The notes under the pieces were generated by a model. That model ran no database searches and had not been told where the DNA came from. It saw nothing but the letters and a program-made list of their open reading frames with translations. A stretch of DNA of 64,000 nt from Dehalococcoidia bacterium (GTDB lineage: Bacteria; Chloroflexota; Dehalococcoidia; Lucifugimonadales; Australimonadaceae): assembly GCA_965243745.1 (NCBI GenBank), contig CBDEVR010000002.1, positions 903,263 through 967,262 of the forward strand, given 5' to 3'. Made by a program: the position numbers and the translations under genes. Of this stretch, positions 27,397 to 36,820 are shown in pieces. How positions within the stretch are numbered: position 1 is the first letter of the stretch; each line of letters opens with the position of its first letter.

Positions 27397-27923
27397 GCAA
27401 GCGGCTGACACTCATCCTCGGCGGCGTCCGGGCCGGAAAGAGCAGCTACGCCCAGCAGTTGGCGACCCACGGCAAGCGCGTGCTCTTCGTGGCGACCGCC
27501 GAAGCAGGCGACGCTGAGATGGAAGCGCGCATCCGGGCGCACCAGGCGAGCCGTCCCCCCGAATGGGACACCCTCGAAGAGCCGCTCGACCCCGCGACGG
27601 CGCTGGCGCCCGTACTGCACCGCTACGACACGGTGCTGCTCGACTGCCTGACGCTGTGGGTGAGCAACCTGCTCCTGAGCGAACGGACTCATGACATCCC
27701 TGCGGAGACTCAGCGGTTGCTGGAGGCGTACCGGCACGGCGACGCCTCCTGGGTAGTCGTCAGCAACGAGGTGGGGCTCGGCGTGGTGCCGGCGACCGCG
27801 CTGGGCCGGACCTTCGCCGACGAACTCGGCCGCGTGAACCAGCTCGTGGCCGCCGAGGCGGACGCCGTCTACTTCATGGCCGCCGGGCTGCCGCTGGCGA
27901 TGAAGGGGCCAGCGACCGAGTAG
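27393..27923 (+). CDS. cobU: Bifunctional adenosylcobinamide kinase / adenosylcobinamide-phosphate guanylyltransferase
   Basis: MSKRLTLILGGVRAGKSSYAQQLA...VLFVATAEAGDAEMEARIRAHQASRP...LLDCLTLWVSNLL...VVSNEVGLGVVP. Confidence 0.92.
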   Translation: MSKRLTLILGGVRAGKSSYAQQLATHGKRVLFVATAEAGDAEMEARIRAHQASRPPEWDTLEEPLDPATALAPVLHRYDTVLLDCLTLWVSNLLLSERTHDIPAETQRLLEAYRHGDASWVVVSNEVGLGVVPATALGRTFADELGRVNQLVAAEADAVYFMAAGLPLAMKGPATE

Positions 27924-27932
27924 CGGCCACCT

Positions 27933-28889
27933 CTACAGGTACCCCTGCTCCCGGTAGTAGCGCCTCGCTCCATCGTGCAGTGGCGCGCCGGTGATGCCCT
28001 CGTCCCACTGCCGCCCGATGGGCCCCGTGAGCGACGACCAGTACGTGGGCCTGATCATCGGGAGGCCTCCGGCTTCGCCGTTGTCGTAGTCGATCTGGAT
28101 CGAGGTCAGTTCGATGTCCCGCTTGTTGTCGTCTATCGCCTTCGCCAGCAGGTAGGCCAGTTCGTCGTCGAGGTCGGCGCGGCAGGTGACCACGATGTGG
28201 GAGTCGTCGAGCGCGGTGAGCGTCCTGTCGATGCCCGGCACGAAGCCCGCTGGCGTCACCTGGCGGCGCAGGCCCTTCGCCTCCAGTCGCTGCATCACCT
28301 CCTCGCTGATGTCGAGGAAGCGGTAGCCGCGCGACCCCACCCACGGCCACGCCGAGAAGTCGTAGGCGCTGCCGTCGCCCCAGAACGCGTCGAGCTGCCC
28401 GGCGTCGTATCGGGCCTTGGCGTCGCGCGCCGTGTGCTCCATGCGCCCGACGGAGCCGCCCCACTTCTCGATGTCGGCGTAGGTGAAACCGTACTCCCGG
28501 AGCACGACCTCGGCGCCGCTGCCGGCCATGTGCAGCACTGGCTTCTCCGCCACGAGCTGCTCGAAGGACTCGATGCCCGTCCACGGCGCCATCGCGAAAA
28601 GGAAGCGGTCCTCCTGCGGGAGCCAGGCGATGGTCCGCAGCCAGTCGTCCGGCTTCTCTCCGGCGAAGATGCCTCTGCCGGAGTAGCGGTGCTCATTGAC
28701 CACCCACTTGGAGAAGACCACGTCGATCGCGCCGGCGGCCAGCGCGCCCATTCCACCGGGCCCGAGGACGTGCACCGTCGCATCGACCCGCTTCAACCCG
28801 GCAAGCCCGCGGCCTATGGCCTGCGTGAACCTGAACTGCGTCGACCACGATGCTCCGAACCGGATGGCCGGGACAGACTGCTGCGCCAT
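27933..28889 (-). CDS. TAXI-family (TRAP-associated) solute-binding-fold protein, no evident signal peptide
   Basis: 318 aa. The C-terminal ...GAPLHDGARRYYREQGYL resembles the TAXI receptor signature. The N-terminus MAQQSVPAIRFGASW is not hydrophobic. No TRAP membrane gene nearby. Confidence 0.6.
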   Translation of the reverse strand: MAQQSVPAIRFGASWSTQFRFTQAIGRGLAGLKRVDATVHVLGPGGMGALAAGAIDVVFSKWVVNEHRYSGRGIFAGEKPDDWLRTIAWLPQEDRFLFAMAPWTGIESFEQLVAEKPVLHMAGSGAEVVLREYGFTYADIEKWGGSVGRMEHTARDAKARYDAGQLDAFWGDGSAYDFSAWPWVGSRGYRFLDISEEVMQRLEAKGLRRQVTPAGFVPGIDRTLTALDDSHIVVTCRADLDDELAYLLAKAIDDNKRDIELTSIQIDYDNGEAGGLPMIRPTYWSSLTGPIGRQWDEGITGAPLHDGARRYYREQGYL

Positions 28890-29126
28890 GGTGTCCTCCT
28901 CTGCCCTCCCTCAGCGCGGAACAAGAATTCATCGGGGCCTGACAATGGAATCTTGGTCGGGTCGGGCCGGTGCGCGGGTCATGCGCGCAGCGTAGCGGAT
29001 GAGGGCGGCATCGCGTAAGAGGCGAATGTCACCAGACGCATCGCCAACTCGAGAGTCGCCCCTGCAATGTAGTTATCTGACCACGATACTAGTATTAATC
29101 ACTTATCAATCAGTAGAATCTCATCA

Positions 29127-30095
29127 ATGTCTCTCCTATCAATGCCTAGAGATATCCGTATCTCACTGTGCGTACTCGCCGCTCTGTTGCTGGCCGCGGT
29201 ACTGGCCGCTTGTGAGCAGAGCAGTCCCACCACTACCGCTGTGCCGCCTACAGCTACACCTACGCCGACCCCTTTGACTGCTGCGCCTACAGCGACCCCC
29301 AAGCCAACAACGACTCCTACGCCGATTCCCTTGACTGCTGCACCTACGCCCGAGCCCGCTTTGGCGGAGCCTACGGCTACCCCCGAGCCAACAGCGACTC
29401 CGGAGGCGGCGACTGAGCCCAACACCTGGCGGGGACTTACTGTCGCCGCCGAGCACCGCTGCTCGCACTACGATTCCGACGACTACTCCTACTCGCAATC
29501 TGTCGAGCCACGGATCGTTGCGAGCATGGGAGGCATCATCTACGGCCCGTACACAGGGACGTGGTTCGACAGCACATCTCAGACGGACATCGAGCACATC
29601 ATTGCGCGCTCGGAAGCGCACGATAGCGGCCTCTGCGCCGCGGATGCCGCAACGAAGCGGCAGTTCGCCTCCGACGTCTTGAACCTCACACTGGCGAGTC
29701 CTTCGGTCAATCGGTCGCAGAAGAGCGGGAAGGACGCGGCAGAGTGGCTTCCCAACCAGAACCAGTGCTGGTTCGCGAACCGTGTCGTGGAAGTGCGCCA
29801 GCGGTACCACCTCACCATCGACATGCGCGAGCGCGACGTGCTCGAAGGCATCCTGTCGAGCTGCACGTCAACTGCAATGGTCGTCGATCGATCAGGTGCG
29901 CTTCAGGTCGCAACACCGACGCCATCTTCCGGAAGCAGACCTGGTGTCGATGCCCTGCGGTTGTACGACGACAACGGGAACGGCCGCATCACCTGTGCGG
30001 AGGCCAGAGGACACGGCATCGCGCCCGTCCGTCGCGGCCACCCGGCCTACCAGTTCATGGACGACCGGGACAACGACGGAGTGGTATGCGAGTAA
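29127..30095 (+). CDS. Secreted lipoprotein: DUF1524/HNH (His-Me finger) nuclease domain plus C-terminal Excalibur Ca-binding domain
   Basis: Signal with lipobox LAAC, then a Pro/Thr linker. Nuclease core ...TDIEHIIARSEAHDSG...NLTLASPSVNRSQKSGKDAAEWLPNQNQCWFANRVVEVRQRYHL... C-terminal ...DDRDNDGVVCE. Alternative ATG at 29142. Confidence 0.8.
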   Translation: MSLLSMPRDIRISLCVLAALLLAAVLAACEQSSPTTTAVPPTATPTPTPLTAAPTATPKPTTTPTPIPLTAAPTPEPALAEPTATPEPTATPEAATEPNTWRGLTVAAEHRCSHYDSDDYSYSQSVEPRIVASMGGIIYGPYTGTWFDSTSQTDIEHIIARSEAHDSGLCAADAATKRQFASDVLNLTLASPSVNRSQKSGKDAAEWLPNQNQCWFANRVVEVRQRYHLTIDMRERDVLEGILSSCTSTAMVVDRSGALQVATPTPSSGSRPGVDALRLYDDNGNGRITCAEARGHGIAPVRRGHPAYQFMDDRDNDGVVCE

Positions 30096-30892
30096 TCCAG
30101 AAAGCCGTAGTGATGGTGGCGGTAATTGCGGGAGGAGTGCTCCCAGCAGGATGCGACGGCACTGAGGTGACGACAGAACCCACTCCAACTGCCACGGCTA
30201 CACCAGCGGCTACAGCAACCGCTACGGCTACGGCAATGCTGACTCCAACGCCTACTCCTGCTCTTCCTAGTCCAACGCCTACTCCTGAACCAGTTCCAAC
30301 GCAGCAACCCACATCAACCCCGACCCCGGAATCATGGGGTAGACCCCGGCCAACGGTAATGATAGCCACCCCCCTACCGGATGACCCGACGCCGACTCCA
30401 ATAACACGATCCTTCGTGTCGGGCGACGGCGATACCCTTACGATAAATCTTGTGCCGAACGCCCCCAATACCACTTGGAAGCGCAATAAGTTTACGAATG
30501 ACATATTCGCGTATGTGTACTGGAGTGGGCGGCACGTTCTTGTCGGCCCCTTCTCCGAAGATGAGTCCCGAACTCTGTCTGGAGAAGGCGGCTCCGTGCA
30601 GTGCACGATATCGGTGATGCAGTCAGGTTCATCCGCGTGTGGCGTAAACGGCGCAGTGTTCCCGCGCTCGGTGTTTTCACAGGTAGGCCTGTTTGAGAGT
30701 GCCGACCCCACAGGACCACAAGAGCGAAAGACCTATGCATCCTGCGCTGCTGCTGAGGCGGCTGGAGAGCCCCGTGAACAGGGCCGGCATCAGTACACTG
30801 GAGAATATCCTGGCGGCGGCCATGGATTCCCTCAAGGCCTCGTACCGTCCGCGAACGATGGCGATGGTGACGGCATAGTCTGCGAGGAATAA
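30086..30892 (+). CDS. Lipoprotein with Pro/Thr linker, unknown central domain and C-terminal Excalibur domain
   Basis: MRVIQKAVVMVAVIAGGVLPAGC (lipobox) ... TYASCAAAEAAGEPREQG...NDGDGDGIVCEE. ATG 30086 overlaps the upstream gene by 10 nt. Confidence 0.72.
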   Translation: MRVIQKAVVMVAVIAGGVLPAGCDGTEVTTEPTPTATATPAATATATATAMLTPTPTPALPSPTPTPEPVPTQQPTSTPTPESWGRPRPTVMIATPLPDDPTPTPITRSFVSGDGDTLTINLVPNAPNTTWKRNKFTNDIFAYVYWSGRHVLVGPFSEDESRTLSGEGGSVQCTISVMQSGSSACGVNGAVFPRSVFSQVGLFESADPTGPQERKTYASCAAAEAAGEPREQGRHQYTGEYPGGGHGFPQGLVPSANDGDGDGIVCEE

Positions 30893-30907
30893 GCGTAAAC
30901 GCCGAGA

Positions 30908-30992
30908 CCTGAGGGATGCTTCGACTCCCCTCAGCATGACAGGTGCCACCCCCATCCTAGCCTTCCCCCACCAAGGGGGAAGGGACCAGACA
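30908..30992. repeat. REP-like repeat cluster (short family D unit + family A unit)
   Basis: CCTGAGGGATGCTTCGACTCCCCTCAGCATGACA followed by CCACCCCCATCCTAGCCTTCCCCC-accaa-GGGGGAAGGGACCAGACA. Confidence 0.88.
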
Positions 30993-31076
30993 GCCGTGCC
31001 CGCAGCGAGTCGTTCACGGTGGTACACTCGCGCAGTTGCAGGGCGTGTCCCGAGAGCAGAGCGGGAAGGGGGAACG

Positions 31077-32327
31077 ATGGCTACGGCGAGCGCAGTCTCC
31101 ACCGAGCCCGAGGTGCGCGACCACGTGGCGGCCGGCGCCGTCATCACCAGCCACACGCTGCAGCACCTGTATGGACACGCGCTCTGGGTGATACTTCCGT
31201 CCATCGCTGCATCGTTGGGGCTCAGCCCGTTGATGGTGGGGCTGGTGGGAACGGTGCGCAACGTCGGCAGCGGTGTCGCCTCCACGGTAGGCGGCTTCCT
31301 CGTGGACCGGCTGCAGCACCGGCGTCTCATGATCCTCTACATCGGCCTCTTCTCCATGGGGCTGGGGTATTTCCTGGTAGGGGCCGCGCCGACCTACGTG
31401 CTGATACTGGGCGCCCTGTTGGTCGCTTCGCTAGCCGGGTCGATATGGCATCCCACCGCACGCGGTCTGCTCTCCCAGATATACCCGCACCGACGCGGGT
31501 TCATGATCACGGTCGACAGGTCAGCAGGAGCGCTCGGCGATAGCTCAGGTCCTTTGATCGCCTCGTGGCTATTGGCCTTCCTGATATGGCAGGAAGTGTT
31601 CCTACCCGCATTGCCGCTGGCACTGCTGTTCATGCTCTTCCTCTGGGTGTTGCTACGGCGGTCACAGGCGTTCCAAGAGGTCGGCGCCCGTTCCAAGACG
31701 CAGTCGCGCCCCCTCAGCGAGCAACTCCGAGCGGTCGTGGGCCTCTTCCGAGAGCATACCCAGATCCTCTCCCTGCTCATAATCATCAAGGCTATCGCCG
31801 GGTTCGCGCAGGGCGGCCTCTTCGTGTGGCTGCCGTTCTATCTCAGGGACGTCGCGGGCATGAACGAACTGGGCTATGGGTTCCATCTCTCCCTGCTCAC
31901 CGCGATGGGCATCGTGACCGGTCCCGCCTTCGGGTACCTGTCCGACCGTATCGGGCGCATGCCCGTCATCGTCATCGTCCTGATGGCCAAGACTGCGATA
32001 GCCGCGCTCATCGCGCTTTCGGGCACAGGCATCGTGCTGACGCTGCTTATCGCAGCGATGGGAACGGTCAACCTCGTCGTCAACCCGCTGGTGCAGACGT
32101 GGGCGCTCGACATCGCTCACGGGCGCAACCTGGAAGGCTCGACGCTGGGCATCCTGGACGGGGCAAACGCCATCTTCAGGGGCGCAGGGCCGTTGATGAC
32201 TGCCGTCGTCGTGACCTTCTGGGGGACGGAGTCGGTGTTCTGGTACATGGCGGCGATGAGCGCCGCGGCGCTGGTGGTGGTACTCTTCACGCTGCCGTTC
32301 ACCGGCCGGGGTTCGCGGATGATGTGA
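31077..32327 (+). CDS. MFS transporter (paralogue of 9947..11227)
   Basis: MATASAVSTEPEV...VITSHTLQHLYGH...; polytopic. ATG 31077 lies in frame in the track ORF. Confidence 0.85.
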   Translation: MATASAVSTEPEVRDHVAAGAVITSHTLQHLYGHALWVILPSIAASLGLSPLMVGLVGTVRNVGSGVASTVGGFLVDRLQHRRLMILYIGLFSMGLGYFLVGAAPTYVLILGALLVASLAGSIWHPTARGLLSQIYPHRRGFMITVDRSAGALGDSSGPLIASWLLAFLIWQEVFLPALPLALLFMLFLWVLLRRSQAFQEVGARSKTQSRPLSEQLRAVVGLFREHTQILSLLIIIKAIAGFAQGGLFVWLPFYLRDVAGMNELGYGFHLSLLTAMGIVTGPAFGYLSDRIGRMPVIVIVLMAKTAIAALIALSGTGIVLTLLIAAMGTVNLVVNPLVQTWALDIAHGRNLEGSTLGILDGANAIFRGAGPLMTAVVVTFWGTESVFWYMAAMSAAALVVVLFTLPFTGRGSRMM

Positions 32328-32344
32328 GGGTAAAGGAGGCGCGC

Positions 32345-33442
32345 ATGGCAACAACGGCGAAGGTAAGAGTTGTCGACAGCGACGCCCACGTCATCGAGTC
32401 CGAGCACACGTGGGACTACCTCCTCCCGCACGAGGAGCGGTTCCGCCCAACGCTGTTCGTCAACCCGGACAACCCCAACCAGGGGCACTGGGTGATCGGC
32501 GGGAAGGTGCGCGGGCACCGGAACGCGACGCCGACGCAGGAGCACCTGCGGAAGCTCTCGGCGCAGGTGGGGCGCGACCTCATCTCCACACAGGACTCCC
32601 GCGAACTGTCCGACGTGTCCCAGCGGTTGCGGCACATGGACGAGCTTGGCATCGACGTACAGGTGCTCCACAACACGATGTGGATAGAGCCGGTGACGGA
32701 CGTGCCGGAAGCCGACGTCGCCCTCTGCGGCAGCTGGAACCGGTGGATGGCCGACGTGTGGCAGCAGGCGGGTGGACGCCTCCGATGGTGCGCCGTGATG
32801 CCGACGCTCGACATCGAGGCCGCAGTCGAGCAAATCGGCTACGCGAAGGAGCATGGCGCGGCCGCCATCGCCCTGCGCCCCCTGGAGCTCGGGAAGACGC
32901 TGGTAGACCCGTACTTCTACCCGCTCTACGCCGAGGCGGAGAGGTTGAACCTGGCGGTGGCCATCCACATCTCCAACGGCAGCAGCGCGATGCTTCAGAC
33001 GCTGCGGTCGCCGTTCGACCGGACCGGAGGGTTCACGCCGTTCCGCATCCCGACGGTGATGGAGTGCGGCGTCATCATGGTGAGCGAGGTGCCGGAGCGC
33101 TTCCCAGCGTTGCGGTGGGGGTTCGTAGAGGCGTCGTCGAACTGGGTGCCGTGGATCGTTCGCGAGGTGCGCCAGCGGTTCATCGCCCGCAACCTCGGCC
33201 CTCCGCCCGAGAACGTCCTGAAGCACTTCAACGTGTACGTCACCTGCGAGGTATCCGACGATATCCCGTTCGTGCTGAAGCACGGCGGCGAAGACAACAT
33301 CCTGATCGGGACAGACTACGGGCACACGGACGTCTCCAGCGCGATGGACGCCATCAGTGTGTTCATGGCGATGGACGACGTCAGCGACGAGGCGAAGGCC
33401 AAGATCCTGTACGACAACCCGCGAGCGCTGTACGGCCTCTAG
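32345..33442 (+). CDS. Amidohydrolase-2 family metal-dependent hydrolase
   Basis: MATTAKVRVVDSDAHVIESEHTWDYL... ...ILIGTDYGHTDVS... ATG 32345 lies in frame in the track ORF. Confidence 0.85.
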   Translation: MATTAKVRVVDSDAHVIESEHTWDYLLPHEERFRPTLFVNPDNPNQGHWVIGGKVRGHRNATPTQEHLRKLSAQVGRDLISTQDSRELSDVSQRLRHMDELGIDVQVLHNTMWIEPVTDVPEADVALCGSWNRWMADVWQQAGGRLRWCAVMPTLDIEAAVEQIGYAKEHGAAAIALRPLELGKTLVDPYFYPLYAEAERLNLAVAIHISNGSSAMLQTLRSPFDRTGGFTPFRIPTVMECGVIMVSEVPERFPALRWGFVEASSNWVPWIVREVRQRFIARNLGPPPENVLKHFNVYVTCEVSDDIPFVLKHGGEDNILIGTDYGHTDVSSAMDAISVFMAMDDVSDEAKAKILYDNPRALYGL

Positions 33443-33461
33443 AGGCCAGAGGAGGACAACC

Positions 33462-33992
33462 ATGCTGGAAGCAGCGGAGAGGTTCGTAAGCGAGGTCCGC
33501 ACGCTCTGCGCACAGGAGATGAGCGACGAGGAGCGCTGGACGAGGACGGGTGAACTCCTGCGCGACTTCGCCTCCGACCCGGAGGTGCAGGAACACGCGA
33601 AGAACTGGCCCGCGACCGACCGGACGAGCACGGGGCGCGACAGGACCGGCAACCTGATCTTCTACGAAAACCCCGACTACGGCTTCCTCGTCACCGCGAT
33701 GGCCAAGGAAGCCGGGCACCACACGACCGTCCACGACCATGGAGAGATCTGGACGATGTACGGGCTCGTGCAGGGGACGGAGGAGATCAACCGCTTCCAC
33801 CGCGACCGCGACGAGGTCGTCCACGACAGCACCTTCCGCATCGAGCCCGGCGACGTGGACGTGGTGCCGCCGCACCTGGCGCACCAGGAGATCACGATCG
33901 GGGAGCGCAGCGCCGCGATCATCATCCGCAGCGAGCGACGGGCCCGCGGGGCGGAGCTGATCCCCTACGCGCTCGAAGCAACCGGCGGCTAG
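33462..33992 (+). CDS. Cupin-fold protein (cysteine-dioxygenase-type-I-like)
   Basis: 176 aa. SD GGAGGA at 33451. ...HHTTVHDHGEIWTMYGLVQGTEE...PPHLAHQE (His-rich cupin motifs). Confidence 0.62.
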   Translation: MLEAAERFVSEVRTLCAQEMSDEERWTRTGELLRDFASDPEVQEHAKNWPATDRTSTGRDRTGNLIFYENPDYGFLVTAMAKEAGHHTTVHDHGEIWTMYGLVQGTEEINRFHRDRDEVVHDSTFRIEPGDVDVVPPHLAHQEITIGERSAAIIIRSERRARGAELIPYALEATGG

Positions 33993-34934
33993 TTGCCCTT
34001 GGCGGTATTCGGCGTCCAGTACAACGGGGCCTTGATGGCGAGCGTCATCGGCTCACTCGAATTCGCCGAGCGGACGGAGGCGCTGGGGTACCGCTCCTAC
34101 TTCGTTCCGGAGCTCGAGACGCTCCCGACGCTCGACGCCTTCATCCTGCTCGCGTCCGTCGCGCAGCGCACGACGCACATGCGCCTGGGAACCGGCGTCG
34201 CCGTGCTACCGTTCCACACCCCGTACCAGATCGCGAAGATCGCGACCTCGATCGACGTGCTGTCGGGAGGGCGGATGGTGCTGGGGCTGGGCTCAGGCGG
34301 CGTCTACAACGGCGACTTCGCCGTCGAGGGCGTGCGGGTGGAGGACCGGCGCGGCATCACTGACGAGCGGTTCGCCCTCGTGCGCAGGCTGCTCTCCGAG
34401 ACGGACGTGACGCATCACGGGACGTTCCACGACATGGAGCACGTGACGCTGGAGCCGCGATCCGTTCAGCAGCCGCATCTGCCCCTATGGACCGGGGCGA
34501 TGTGGGACGGCCGGTTCACCCGGCATACGCTGGAGCGAACGGCGCGCTGGGCCGACGGGTTCCACCCTAACGGCATGACGCCGAAGGGCTACGCCGAGGG
34601 CAAGGCCGCCATCGAGGAGATGGCAGCCGCGTACGGACGCGACCCGGCGGCGTTCGAGTGGTCGTGCAATATGTACCTCTGCATGGGGCAGAGCAAGGAC
34701 GACGCCTACCGGGAGGTGCAGGCCGCGATGCGGCACCGTTTCGGGGACGACGCCTGGGAGATAGACCCGGCGACGCTCCCGCTCGGCACACCGGCGGACT
34801 GCATCGAGGCACTCGAAGCGTTCACCAACGCGGGCGTGACGCACTTCACCATGAACGCTCTCTGCGCGCCGGAGGCACTGCTGCCGACCTACGAGCGGTT
34901 CGCTGCGGAGGTCATGCCGCACTTCGGGGAGTGA
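33993..34934 (+). CDS. LLM-class flavin/F420-dependent oxidoreductase
   Basis: 313 aa: ...LGYRSYFVPELETLPTLDAFILLASVAQRTTHMRLGTGVAVLPFHTPYQIAKIATSIDVLSGGRMVLGLGSGG... TTG start, exact start uncertain. Confidence 0.82.
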   Translation: MPLAVFGVQYNGALMASVIGSLEFAERTEALGYRSYFVPELETLPTLDAFILLASVAQRTTHMRLGTGVAVLPFHTPYQIAKIATSIDVLSGGRMVLGLGSGGVYNGDFAVEGVRVEDRRGITDERFALVRRLLSETDVTHHGTFHDMEHVTLEPRSVQQPHLPLWTGAMWDGRFTRHTLERTARWADGFHPNGMTPKGYAEGKAAIEEMAAAYGRDPAAFEWSCNMYLCMGQSKDDAYREVQAAMRHRFGDDAWEIDPATLPLGTPADCIEALEAFTNAGVTHFTMNALCAPEALLPTYERFAAEVMPHFGE

Positions 34935-34940
34935 GGGGCA

Positions 34941-35118
34941 GGACCCCCGCTCCTCAGCCCCGCCGAGGCCCTCACCCGCGCGCTGAAGCGCGTTTCCCTC
35001 TCCCTCAGGAGAGGGGATCAGACAGGGCACCACAAGGGGCGCCCCTACACCAAGCACCACTCCCTTCCACCGATTCACCCCCATCCTGACCTTCCCCCAT
35101 CAAGGGGGAAGGGATCAG
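34941..35118. repeat. REP-like mosaic array (A' + E + A units)
   Basis: ...CCGCCGAGGCCCTCACCCGCGCGCTGAAGCGCGTTTCCCTCTCCCTCAGGAGAGGGGATCAGACA; CACAAGGGGCGCCCCTACACCAAG; TTCACCCCCATCCTGACCTTCCCCC-atcaa-GGGGGAAGGGATCAGG. Confidence 0.88.
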
Positions 35119-35122
35119 GCGG

Positions 35123-36415
35123 CTAGTAGGTGGCGGCGATGGCCTCCTTGAGGTTCTCGTGGGTGGCCCAGTCGGCGTCCTTCGGAATCATCGTCTGACC
35201 CGGGCGGACGCGGAAGGCCTCGGCGTTCCGGGCCGTCGCCGGCTCGGAACCTTCACGGATGGCGGAGGCCGAATTCAGGAGCATGCGGCGCATGGCGATG
35301 ATGCCGATATCCGTGACGCCCAGGTGCTCGCGGGTGCGGTCGGATATCTGCCCCATGCCCTCCTGCACGGAGAAGTCCTGCTCCCCGGTGCCCTTGATGC
35401 CGGTGAAGGTGAGGTACTTCTGCTCCTCCCGGTCGATGAGGTAGTCGTTGCGCATGTTGCGCACCGGCCAGTGGGAGCCGGGGATGGTCTGCGCGTGGAC
35501 GCCCTGCCCCTTGCGGAGGTCGGCGACGTGCCTTCGGGAGAGCGGCTTGTCGGTGGTGCTCCAGGTGAAGCACCACCGCGCCGTGGTGACGTCGTCGACG
35601 GGGACGAAGGCGTGCATCATCTTCTGTTCGCCACCGCCGGGCGGGGCGGTGTAGAAGGGCATCCAGAAGAGGTTGAAGCGCCAGTAGTCCTGTGTCTCGT
35701 CGCCGGGGTACCTGCCGCCGATGATGAGGCCGAAGTCGGTCTCGAGCGCCTTCAGCTTGGGCGGGTTCTCGCGCGTGCGGTACATCTTGGTCACGTCGCC
35801 GGAGTCCCTGCCCGCCTCCTGCCAGTCGCTGAGACGGCGGTGGGAGTCCATGGCGCTGTGCAGGTAGACCGAGTGCACGGTGTCGATGCCGCCCTCGATG
35901 GCCTGCGCGTAGTTGTTCTCCTGGAAGTTCCAGGAGACGTAGCGGTGGTCGTCGGGGACGCGGGTCCACTCGAACTCCGGCATCGGCTGCATGTGCTCCT
36001 TCGGGCCCATGTACGTCCAGAGGACGCCGCCGCGCTCCCGCACGGGGTACGCCCTCAGCTGGATCTTGTCCCTGAAGTTGCTGTCCGACGCCTCGGACGG
36101 CATGTCGGTACACCTGCCGTCGACATCGTACTTCCAGCCGTGGTAGGTGCAGCGGATGCCGTTCTCCTCGTTGCGGCCGAAGAAGAGGTCCGCGTTGCGG
36201 TGGGCGCAGAGGCGGTCCACCAGCCCAACCTGCCCGACGCTGTTCCTGAAGGCGACGAGCCGCTCGCCCAACAGGGTGACGCGGACGGGCTCGCCGTCGA
36301 CTTCGGGGATGTCTTCGGTGAGGAGGAACGGGATCCAGTAGCGGCGCATCAGCGCGCCCATCTCCGTTCCGGGACCGATGCGGGCCAACCGTTCGTTATC
36401 CGTTGCGCTCAGCAT
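35123..36415 (-). CDS. Rieske [2Fe-2S] aromatic-ring-hydroxylating oxygenase, alpha subunit
   Basis: 430 aa. Rieske motif CAHRNADL...CTYHGWKY, then a catalytic domain. No adjacent beta subunit. Confidence 0.9.
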   Translation of the reverse strand: MLSATDNERLARIGPGTEMGALMRRYWIPFLLTEDIPEVDGEPVRVTLLGERLVAFRNSVGQVGLVDRLCAHRNADLFFGRNEENGIRCTYHGWKYDVDGRCTDMPSEASDSNFRDKIQLRAYPVRERGGVLWTYMGPKEHMQPMPEFEWTRVPDDHRYVSWNFQENNYAQAIEGGIDTVHSVYLHSAMDSHRRLSDWQEAGRDSGDVTKMYRTRENPPKLKALETDFGLIIGGRYPGDETQDYWRFNLFWMPFYTAPPGGGEQKMMHAFVPVDDVTTARWCFTWSTTDKPLSRRHVADLRKGQGVHAQTIPGSHWPVRNMRNDYLIDREEQKYLTFTGIKGTGEQDFSVQEGMGQISDRTREHLGVTDIGIIAMRRMLLNSASAIREGSEPATARNAEAFRVRPGQTMIPKDADWATHENLKEAIAATY

Positions 36416-36499
36416 GGCAACCTCCCTTGTGCGTTCGATGTTCTCTCGATGGCGCGAGATTAGGACGATACGCCGCGCGGGTCAACAGCACGGGGCGGC

Positions 36500-36815
36500 C
36501 TCAGAACCCTCACCCGCCGCGCAAGCGCGTCGACCCGTTCGGCAAGCTCAGGGCAGGCTCTCTCCCAGGGGGAGAGGTGGGCTGCGAGGTTCCTGCCTCC
36601 GCAGGACGAGGGCACTTGGGCGCGCCTTCACCCCCATCCTAACCTTCCCCCGTCAAGGGGGAAGGGACCAGGCGCCCCGCCGCCTCGCTCCGCCGAGGGC
36701 CCCTCACCCGCCGCGCAAGCGCGTCGACCTCTCCCCCAGGAGAAGTGGGGTGGTCCCACTCCTCACCACCGGTTCACCCTCACCCTAACCCTCTCCCCTC
36801 AACAGAGAGGGGACC
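36500..36815. repeat. REP-like mosaic array (~315 bp: A' variant, C, A, A', A)
   Basis: Successive units, e.g. GAGGTTCCTGCCTCCGCAGGACGAGG (C), CCTTCCCCC-gtcaa-GGGGGAAGG at 36643-36665 (A), CCCTCACCCGCCGCGCAAGCGCG... (A') and TTCACCCTCACCCTAACCCTCTCCC... (A). It fills the whole Rieske/FAH spacer. Confidence 0.88.
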
Positions 36816-36820
36816 ACTCC

